From Eledone cirrhosa (Eukaryota): a stretch of DNA of 64,000 nucleotides. Location: contig OZ024756.1 in assembly GCA_964016885.1 (NCBI GenBank), positions 11,904,001 to 11,968,000 on the forward strand. Direction: 5' to 3'. The notes under the pieces were generated by a model that did no database searches, was not told where the DNA came from, and worked only from the letters and a program-made list of their open reading frames with translations. Position numbers and translations under genes: made by a program. How positions within the stretch are numbered: position 1 is the stretch's first letter; every line of letters begins with the position of its first letter. Of this stretch, positions 52,991-64,000 are shown one piece after another.

Positions 52991-53897
52991 ATATATATAT
53001 ATATATAATCAGATATGTTGGCAGTTTGGGCTAGACTTGCTTTACAGGTTATATACACCTATCTAGCTTTGATGTATCCATGGATTTTGTGTGTGTATAT
53101 ATATATGTATATATATATATATGTGTGTGACTACTTCTTTATTTATCAATATATTTATTGTACATTTAATAGATTTCTCTGTCAATTTTAGAGAGTTTAA
53201 ATAAAGAGTTTTTGTCATATGTATATATTTTTGAAAGAATGTGTGAATGTATCTACTATAGATACATGGCTGTGTTTAGATTTGATATCAATTTGTTATA
53301 GTTAAAGACAGCGATAAAGGGCATAAACCTGTTAAGAAGTCTTGTGGTTCAGTTTTATTTGTTCCGTCTTCTATAACTTGTTTGTCATCCAACGCTAGAT
53401 TCAGAATAAGATTTTCGGCATGTTTGGATTTGAACAATAGAATATATAAACTTTACCTTTCATTACCAATCAATACTGTGTTGGATCTGTGTTGCTTCCT
53501 AGCTACCAATCATCTTACAAACATGTGAGTATGTGTTAAGTCTTTCGTTACCATATTTGGAAACAAATCTTATGTTTTATTGAAGCATTTCGATATTTCG
53601 AAATGTCGAAATTTAAACACAAGTTTGCTACATGCCTGCGCGGAAGTTAGATGTTAAACAATGTCAATGATGATGATGAAGGTGACAGCGTTAGAGGATT
53701 AGGTAAAACACTCTTCTTAAAGAGAGAAAATAAGTGACCAGTGGCCATAACAGTGGTTGCTCGAGTAATTCACAGACACGTGTACCCTTAGCATAGTTTT
53801 CAGTGAGTGACATTGCTGGACATTTTGAATTACAAGTACAACTCATTTTTTCCAGCTGAGTGAACTAGAGCAATGTAAAATAAAGTCTCTTGTTTAA

Positions 53898-54083
53898 CTC
53901 TTTACCATTTACATTACTCTATATTTACTATTGTATGTTCACGGTAAAGGCTTTACCTCACTAATATCGAATCTGTGAGATTTTGATATTATTTATTTTG
54001 TTCTCAAGATATTATTTATTTTGAGAACAATACCTTAACATCAGTATGAGTGGCCAGTTAGAGCCAGTTTAAATGCTAAAGGG
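53898..54083. mobile_element. piggyBac-type MITE inserted into a SINE
   Basis: TTAA|CTCTTTACCATT ... AATGCTAAAGGG|TTAA; the flanks rejoin into the SINE motif TCTTG..AAGGA.ACAA. Confidence 0.7.
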
Positions 54084-54944
54084 TTAAGGACACAATGCAC
54101 CACCTGGTGTGGGAATAGAACTGATGACCTTAGGACTGTGAGTTGAACATCTTAACCTGACGTTTAACTACGAAACACTTGAGAATCTTCAGTGTATGAA
54201 CTCAGAACAATGTTTATTGAATGAGTTTATTTAGTCTTCTAAGAATTAAATAGAAGAACAAAAGTTTTAATCTTCCTAAATCTTTAAGTAGTCATCATCC
54301 TCTCTAATCTATTTATTGCATCTTTTCTTCTTAAAAATATTTCAACTATGATATATCACATAAACTTTTCCTTATAGAAACTTCATATGTCTGATAATTT
54401 GGGAGATCCTTTGATTTCTTTCTCTAGTAAATCTTAAATCAGATGTTTCAAATATTCCAATAGAACAAAGTATTTCTTCTCCTCGGTAAGCACCTGTATT
54501 CTACCATTTAACTCTTTTGAGAGCAAACCACCTGAAATTGCTCCAGGCATCATACATAGCTGTTTATTTTAAAGTGTTTATATTTATCTAAAAACCTTCC
54601 ATCATAATTTTATGTAATACTTTTGTGAAACTATACTCCAAACACAAGATAATGAAAAAGTTGGTTATATAACTAAATCTTTCCAAATTCTTGATTTGTT
54701 TTCTGTAGTTAAATGTTTGTCTTTTAATTTTAAGTTGAAAATGAGTTCTTTCACTAAAACTACTTGTTGTTGTTGTTTCAAGCCATTTTTTTAAAAACAA
54801 ATTTGGAAATAGGTTTTGTTACTTGAATTCATTTCACCCTGATATATTACCGGTATTTATTTTACTGAACCTAGAGAGATGAAATGGGAAATCAATCCAG
54901 GCTTGCTTTGAGATGAGAATGTAGAGTTACAGTATAAAAGCATG

Positions 54945-55186
54945 TGTGTGTGACAGAGAGGGGGGGGTATGTTTGTGTGTGTGTGAGAGGGAGGGGGGAG
55001 TGTATGTGTGTGTGTGACAGAGAGGGGTGTGTTTGTGTGTGTGAGAGAGAGAGAGGGGAGGAGTGTCTGTGTGTGCGACAGAGAGGGGGAGTGTGTGTGT
55101 GAGAGAGAGAGAGGGGGTGTATGTGTGTCTGACAGAGAGGGGTGGTGTGTGTGAGAGAGAGGGGAGGTGTGTTTGTGTGTGTGTGT
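54945..55186. repeat. GA/GT low-complexity tract
   Basis: Direct inspection. Confidence 0.85.
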
Positions 55187-55509
55187 AGACACTTCATTTT
55201 CATATTTGTTTTGCAAGATTCTTGATGTGAAATTGTTGAAACAGGTATTGTTATACTCTGGTAGGGTCATATTACCAACAAAAACACACGCATCAATTGA
55301 GTTTCACATCAGTATATTATTAGTTGCGTAACTAATCCATTCTTTGGTTAGTTTAATTGTTAATTGTCAAAGCACTTTTGTCACACATTGTGTGACCTTT
55401 TCAATGACTGTTCTTGCTCCTCTGTGTCTCCTCTTTGTTCTGCTTTTGCCAATAAAAGCATAAGAATAGTCACAGAATATAAGACATAAGGGCATTGACA
55501 ATTAAATAA

Positions 55510-56135
55510 GCTGCTGCTACTACTTCTACTGCTATCACCACCACCACCACCACCACTACAACTACTGCTACTACCAATATTACCACCACCACCACCACTA
55601 CCACACCATCAACCACCACCATCACCACTACCACCATCCACCACTATCACACCACCACCAGTACCACACCACCACGACACCACCACCACTACCGCACCAC
55701 CACCAATACCACCTCTACCACTACCACCACTATCACCACTACCACACCACCACTTCCACCTCCACCACTACCACCACTATCACCAACCACCACTACCACA
55801 CCACCACCACTACTACCAGTACCACACCACCACCACTACCACCACTACCACACCACCACTACTACCACCACCACCACTACCACCTCCACCACCACTACCA
55901 CACTACCACACCACCACTACCACCACCACTACCACACCACCACCACCACCACCACTACCACACCACCACCACTACCACCTCTACCACACCACCACTACTA
56001 CCACCACCACCACCACTACCACCTCCACCACCACCACTACCACACCACCACTACTACCACCTCCACCACTACCACACCACCACTACTACCACCTCCACCA
56101 CTACCACACCACCACTGCTACCACCACCACTACTA
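55510..56135. repeat. (CAC/TAC)n low-complexity tract
   Basis: Direct inspection. Confidence 0.9.
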
Positions 56136-56341
56136 TAAAAGACACTGTGAACTTCTAGAATCCTCTGTTATTATATATTAATGGTTATGTTATCACTGGC
56201 CTCCTTGTAGACATTTCTCTAAGAACTGCAACTAATCAATTTTCAATACATATTTGATGTAGAAAAAAGAAATAATGGAAATATTACATGAAGTGGTGTC
56301 ATGTGACTTAGAAATACGAGAAATTACACAGATTTGGCATA

Positions 56342-56386
<45 letters not shown>

Positions 56387-56400
56387 ATATATATATATAT

Positions 56401-56588
56401 AAAATAATTAAGTTAAATATGTGAAATTTGGCTTCGTTTATTATAAATTATAGATATACTTCTATACAACCAACATATACTCAAAATTTATATATATATA
56501 TATATATATATAGCATATATGTATATATATGTATAAGTATATGTATATCTATATATATGCATATGTGTATATATATAGTATATATATA

Positions 56589-56630
<42 letters not shown>

Positions 56631-56789
56631 TATATAGTATATATATATATATATATACTGCTATACAACCAACATATACTCAAAATTTATATATATATAT
56701 AAATTTTGAGTATATGCTGGTTGTATAGCAGTATATCTATAATTTATAATAAACGAAGCCAAATTTTACATATTTGACTTAATTATTTT
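56401..56789. repeat. ~90-bp inverted repeat enclosing TA tracts
   Basis: 56401-56490 versus 56700-56789, with an extra partial arm at ~56655-56690. Confidence 0.75.
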
Positions 56790-57385
56790 GATAAAATAAA
56801 GTACCAGTAATGTACTGGTTAATTGCTGGCCTTGTGCCAAAAGTAGAAACAATTATTTTATATATGTGTGTGTGAAAAATGGACATAAGATAAAGGTGAT
56901 GATGATATATGTATATATACACAAATATGTGTGTGTTAGTTTGGTACCACAAAACATCCACCCCACTCTGTAAAGTGGTCATGTAGGTGTCACAAGAAAA
57001 AGCACCCACCACACACTGTAAATATGGTTGGCGTTAGGAAGGGCAGCCAGCCGTAGAAAACCAGTCAGAAACAGTCCTATATGAGTGAGACATGGTCACC
57101 CGACCCAACTTGCTTCTAATTGGGACAAACCCATCTAACCCATGCTAGCGTGGAAAATGGCCATTAGATGATGATGATATATATATATATATATATATAT
57201 ATCATCATCATCATCATCATCATCATTTCATTTTACGTCCGCTTTTTCCCTGCTTGCAAGGGTGAGACGGTAACTGATTCTGGCTTGGTTTCTACAGCTG
57301 GATGCCCTTCCTAACACCAACCTCATTTACAGTGAGTACTGGGTGCTTTTTTGCCATGGCACCTCCACGACCACTTTGCATATTT

Positions 57386-57490
<105 letters not shown>

Positions 57491-57626
57491 TATACATATA
57501 TATAACGGTTGCAACGTTTTTTGAAATATCCAGTTCTGCGTTTACAGATTGACTTTGTTAGTTTCAGAAGATCCCGTTAAGGGTGAAAGCAGCGATTCTT
57601 TGCTTAAACTTTAATCTGTTATTTTA

Positions 57627-58247
<621 letters not shown>

Positions 58248-59370
58248 TATATATATATATGTGTATATATGAGAAAATGAGGTTCTTTTTCCAAATGAAA
58301 AAAAAAAAAACGAGTTGTCCTACACGAGTGAAAGTATAAGGAAAAAAGATGAAATCGAAAATGCAACTGGAGTTTTTTTAAGAATATTTATTTGTTTCCT
58401 TTACTGGTTACACAGTTCTTATGCTTTTCAAAAGTAGAATTGAGATGGAGGGTTTGTTGTTTTTCTTGAATCTGGTTGGCGTTCGAATGTTACTTCTGTT
58501 TTATGTGGAAAAAAGTGGCTCGAAATGCTAGGTTTTTTATAAAAGTAATTTGGTTGGTTGATGACTGCCATGTGAATAAGTATAATAAATTTTGCAGGCT
58601 CCAAAACTATGGTTCCACTGCGTGGTGGGTTGGGCTCTGAAAACATGGTTCCGTTGTGAGACGGGTTTGGTGCAGCCAGCTGGGCTGTCTCTCCTCATAA
58701 CGGAGCCATCCAGTTCCATACTGTCAACGTGGTTGGTGTTAGGAAGGGTATCCAGCTGTAAAATACCAGGCCAAATGTACAGTCCTCACTGGAGCAAGGT
58801 ACGACACATGACCAACTCTGGCCAGACTTGCCTCCTGGCGTGGATGACCCGTCTAACCCATGCTAGCGTGGAAAAATTGACGTTAAACGGAAATGATGAT
58901 GATGATGATGATGATGATATATACTACTAAAACTCTGTGATTGTGTAATTGTCTGTAATTCAATACATCTAAAACAGCGCATAATGGGAAAATATTTTGA
59001 AAGGAAGTTGCTTCTGAAATAGAAATACAATTGGAATAAAACAAGTTTCACCTAAATCGGAGCACAGGTTCCCAAGATACGGGGTTTTTCTGGGTACCTT
59101 CATAATTAGAGAAAGAGATAGTGGCTGTGAGAGAGTAGATTGAAAGAGAGACAGAGAGAAAGAAGGAAAATGGGAAAGAGAGGGAGCTGGTGGTGTTGTT
59201 GAATGAAATTATAACAGGTGACTTCAAAGAATTGAATACAGCCATTACTAGCTCGAAATTGGTGACTGAATATTAAGTCATATGTATCATAAAACTTGTG
59301 TTAACAGAGGATGTGTGTAGCGAATATTTCCTGCTATTTAGCATTTCTAAGTGTGTGTGTCTGACCAGTG

Positions 59371-59437
<67 letters not shown>

Positions 59438-59537
59438 GGACCTCCCGATTTCATTTTGCATTATATACATGTCTGTGTATCTTGATTATTTTAAAATTAT
59501 TTTTAAGTGAACATGATTTTTAAAAAAATACCTTTAA

Positions 59538-60744
59538 CCCTTTAGCATTCGCATTAATTTTCAAATGTCATGCTTATCTGTTCACATTATTGGCAGGTCG
59601 GACTCCATGCTTTGAAATATAGAGTTACCTCCCTGTATGATCTGAGTTCAAATCCCGCCGAGGTTAACTTTGCCTTTCATCCTTACAGGGTCGATAAAAT
59701 AAAGTACCAGTAATGTACTAGGTAATTGCTGGCCTTGTGCCAAAAGTAGAAACAATTATTTTGAGTTAATCATACTCAAGAGGGTTATCAATTTTATTTG
59801 TTTGTAATTTTCTTAATTTTATATGTGCAGGCTTGAAATGTTGTCAGTAGATGTTTAAATATCAATAATTTACAATTATATAATTTTACCTGATTTTTTT
59901 GGTCAAATTTGACTTTTATGGGCAGGTGAAATTAATTAATAGGGGCATTTGAAGTATCAACCAGGTGCAAATACTGGTTTAATTTTAAATATGTTGTTTT
60001 CGGCATAAGGATCACTAAACCTTATATCAGTGCTCCAGTAATTCCAGTCTTGGAAATTGTTTTATATCGAACATAATATTTACGGTAAAAAATGCTTGCA
60101 TTTCTGCAGCATCTGTCGGTCGCCAAACAGATTGGGTTTTCCTTGATTTGAAATCTGTTGTTGGGCATATCGATTAATCTCTGCTGCCACAACTTCGAAG
60201 AAAGTTGTGGTAAAAACAAAAAGAAATAATCCAGTGCTTTAGCATCGGGAGCTAATGTGTGTTGTGGACCAGTATTTTGAATAAAATCGGGAACATATAT
60301 TGGTGTGGTATTTTTCAACCACATTGCTGTAATATTTTCAATGGCGTCCTGGAGATCTCCTTCGTTTTCACTTTCAAAACAACAATCATCGTCGGATGAA
60401 ATTTCAGAACTGTAAACATCTGATTCTTTGAAGATAAATCACTAATATTATCTTTTGTTTCTTCTTTATTCTGAATGTCGTCGTGTGTAAAACCTTCAAA
60501 GTCAGTATCGCTACTTTCACAAGCCATGTTGATACACAAAAAAATCTGTTCTACTTTCAACGTTAAAAAAACACATGTTGTTTTAAGTTGTTTCACTTAT
60601 ATTAAGTGTTAATGTTCGCGGTAAGGGCCTAATATTGCAGTAATCTCGAATTAACAAAATTTTAATGATGGTTTGTTTATTTTTAGAACGATATTTTAGT
60701 GTGGGTGTTATCGGCCGGTTTCGGGCGGTTTGAACACTAAAGGG
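59538..60744 (-). mobile_element. Internally deleted piggyBac-like transposon with a nested SINE B
   Basis: TTAA|CCCTTTAG ... CTAAAGGG|TTAA; transposase N-terminal remnants (SDTDFEGF; PDFIQNTGP...ALDYFFLF) at 60022-60530. Confidence 0.75.
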
Positions 60745-60754
60745 TTAAGCGAAC

Positions 60755-60782
60755 GTGACCCAACGGGTCACTGGTGATCTAG
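60755..60782 (+). mobile_element. Helitron-like 3' terminus
   Basis: Hairpin GTGACCCAACGGGTCAC followed by CTAG|T. Confidence 0.5.
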
Positions 60783-61894
60783 TATATAAATAAAATTAGG
60801 AGACAGTTGTAGTTTGCTTGAAGCATTGTGTTTGGTGTAGAAAATGATGAAGTTTGAAGGCCACAACAGTTTGAAATAGACAAACAAGATGTTATTTATT
60901 TATCTGTCCCAATATTTCAAGATAAAATCACTTCTTCTAAAAAGAAGAGATTTTATTTTGAAATATCAGGACAGATAAATAACATCTTGTTTCATCTAAG
61001 CTTCTTATTAGTCCATTTCGCATTGTCGTCACTTTCAAACTTCACATCATTTTCTATATATAAAATTACTTGAGTGTGATTTCACATGACAGAAGAATGA
61101 ATCCTCAGTATGTAAACATAATTTATATGCCATTAGTTGGAGTTTCTAGGTTCTAGTAGTTTGATAGTCTTCATTAACAAAGGCATTTATTCTCCATTAT
61201 CAGATGCGTATATGGCCTGCAAACACTAATGATTACTGCTGATGATTGGAGAACAATATACGTCTTTGTCAACAAACACTATAAAATAACTAGTTGAATA
61301 CCACACACATACATTCAAAAGAGGGGGGTGCACAGGACAAAAACAACAGAAAGACAGACAGTCCCATCTCCTCAGTCAGCCTCTTGAAATCACTATGGTT
61401 TCAGTACATTAAGATGGAGACCATTCATTCCAATGCACATTTGGGATGTAACAAAACTGGTTGAGACAAAGACAGGACAATACAGAAATAAGATGAAAGA
61501 GTATCCCAAGTGTGTCAACTGACAAAAGAGAGAGAGAATGGTGGACGAGGGGGGGGGGGGGGGGTAGCTAAGGGAGCTAAAATATAGAAAGGTGAGAAAT
61601 AGAAAAACAGAAAAGAATATGAACTGCAGTCCAACAAAGGAGAATGACATTGAGGCGTAGAAAAGGTAAAAATGGAGAATAGAGGAAGACAAGTGTGATG
61701 TCTATTATACAATAGTTTCAAAAAAGCCTACATGGCTAAGTCTTTAGAATATAAATTCAAAACTGGGGAACACAGGACAAAGACAATGGATAAAGAACAG
61801 AAAATGAGCAGTCATACACAGAACTACAACCATTTTCCTTGGTAAATCTGTGGTTAGCTGTGTGGGGTCCCATAACAGGATTCCCCCTATTGTC

Positions 61895-62345
61895 TCTCCA
61901 CGAGATCTCCCTCTCAATGTCTCGGCGCATGTTCACTTCTTGTCCCAGGTAGACGTATTCCTCCACCTCCTCTATTTCATCACCGCCAACCACCATTCGA
62001 CCTGTTGGTACGTTGTCGGACCGCATGAACTTCGTTTTCATGCGGTTCATCTTGAGGCCTACTGCAGAGCTTTTGATGTCGAGCTCCGTCAGCATGGTCT
62101 GAAGCTGATCCGTGGTTTCAGCAATGAGCACGATGTCATCAGCGAAACGGAGGTGGGTAAGTATCTCGCCATTGATGTTGACACCGCCTTACCAGTCAAT
62201 GCCTCTGATGATCTGCTCGAGACACGCGGAGAAAAGTTTTGGAGAGATCGTATCTCCTTGCTTCACTCCCTTCTCGACCGGCACCCGTACGAGTGATGAC
62301 AGCAGAGCTATGTCGGTGGTGCATCCGGAACTCGCCTCCCATATA
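61895..62345 (-). mobile_element. RTE (BovB/RTE-1-like) RT core fragment
   Basis: GVKQGDTISPKLF, LTHLRFADDIVL, GLKMNRMKTK, EVEEYVYLGQ; frameshifted. Confidence 0.88.
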
Positions 62346-62363
62346 TATCGCCTACATACATAT

Positions 62364-62395
<32 letters not shown>

Positions 62396-62414
62396 TCATT
62401 CATTTCATTTTTCA

Positions 62415-62747
62415 TTTCATTTTTACGTCCACTTTTCCCTGCTTGCAAGGGTGGGACGGGAACTGATTCTGGCTTGATTTCTACAGCTGGATGCCCTTCC
62501 TAACACCAACCTCATTTACAGTGAGTGCTGGGTGCTTTTTTTGCCGTGGCACCTCCACGACCACTTTGCAGTGGAATGATATGGACCCCAGTCCCTATCA
62601 TCTCATTTCTACAGCTGAGTAAACTGGAGCAATGTGAAATAAAGTGTCTTGCTCAAGGAAACAACACATCACCCGGTTCAAGAATTGAACTCACAACCTT
62701 TCGATTGCAAGGCCAATGCTCTAACCACTAAGTGCCATGTGCCTCCA
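62415..62747 (-). mobile_element. SINE family A copy
   Basis: Reverse complement of family A. Confidence 0.9.
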
Positions 62748-64000
62748 TATATATATATATATGTGTGTGTGTGTGTATTTTACTTGTAAGAAATAATTAA
62801 TACTAAGCAAGAACATGGTGCCAACTTACCATTGCCACCATCACCATCACCATCACCATCATTATCACCACCACCACTACTACCACTACTACTTGCAATT
62901 TTAGTTACCAATACCAATTATTTAGTGAATATCTTAACATAGTTTTAACAAACTTTCTTTGCTGTATTCTAGATTTGTCTAATGTATTCTGTTGCAAATT
63001 ATGATTCCTATTGTAGTTAATCTTAACTATTTCTTACCACAATCTTACACATAATACCATTCATGCTGTGTGTGTACCGTGTGTAGTTGTTGAGTAAGAT
63101 ATTTTATTTAAAAACGTGTTGAAACATATTGTTATAGTTTGGGAGGGTCGTGCTGCCAATAAAAAACACAGACACATAGGAGGATTTCACTTCAATTTGT
63201 TATTATAATTTTCCCAGTTAGTTTGATAACCATATGGTTGTTTAGTTGTTGATTGCCATCAAAGCTCTTTCATCACACATTCTGTGACCTCCTCACCAAC
63301 TAGTTTTCTTGTTATTTTGTGTCTCTCCTTTGTTCTGTCCTACACCATCTTGTTAATGATATTCAGTGTGTGACAAGGTTTCCCCTTTGAATTACAGGTA
63401 CAATCCATTATTGTATCTGTGACTGAGTATTCCACTGACATGTATACTTAACGTAATTCTCAGGGAGATTCAGTGTGACACAGTACGACATAACTGGCCC
63501 TTTTAATTACATGTATTACATGTATTATAGTGTACATGACTGAACATTCTACAGACACATGAACACTTAATTCTCAGGGAGATTCAGTGTGACACTGTGT
63601 GTAACAAGGATGTTCATTTGAATTATAGGTATCACCCATCTGACAGGCTTCCACACAGTTGCTGTCTACTCTACCCACTTTCACTCACAAAGCATGGGAC
63701 AACTGATGCAATGATAAATGACACACTGCTGAATATATGACAGAATGGGTTTCACCCTCAAACCTAATGTTTGCTCAACATATTTCCTAAGCATTCCACC
63801 AGATGTTTCAATAGGAAATCATCTCTGTAGTAAATCTCTCCTCTCTCTCCCTCTCTCTCTCCCTCCCTCCCTCTCTCTCTCTCTCCTGTAAAGAAAGAGT
63901 ATCTTAACTGGTTGTGTTTATTACCAAACTCTAGCTACTCCTGCTTGTGGTTTCCAAAGCACTAATAGGGACACAGTCTCATATGTGGCACGATGGTAGT

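Noticed and set aside
54428-54485. Possible next exon of the FHA gene (phase-compatible, CG|GTAAG donor)
   Set aside because: The peptide lacks the expected FHA C-terminal L..GD.I motif; could be chance.

Overview
Repeat-dominated, AT-rich eukaryotic DNA. It is most likely an animal intronic or intergenic region, and the SINE/RTE repertoire and microsatellite load look cephalopod/octopus-like (inference). Nearly all long ORFs in the track are artefacts of satellites. Recognisable content: about ten satellite/minisatellite arrays; two abundant SINE families; decayed RTE, CR1-like and L1/Tx1-like LINEs; Helitron-, piggyBac- and Tigger-like non-autonomous DNA elements; two Penelope-like element (PLE) remnants, one with a GIY-YIG endonuclease ORF and inverted pseudo-LTRs; and one convincing host exon encoding an FHA domain (49883-50073). 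The main hidden signal is a hammerhead-ribozyme (HHR) system. (i) A near-perfect 310-bp tandem array (26306-29690) flips orientation internally and carries one type I HHR motif per unit (11 copies), resembling a retrozyme/circRNA locus. (ii) A series of short fold-back elements from several sequence families sit in (TA)n tracts; most carry a minimal type I HHR with a palindromic stem III, and they share the inverted geometry of the PLE at 40-42.6 kb. All ribozyme calls are by-eye motif and pairing matches; none has been tested for activity.
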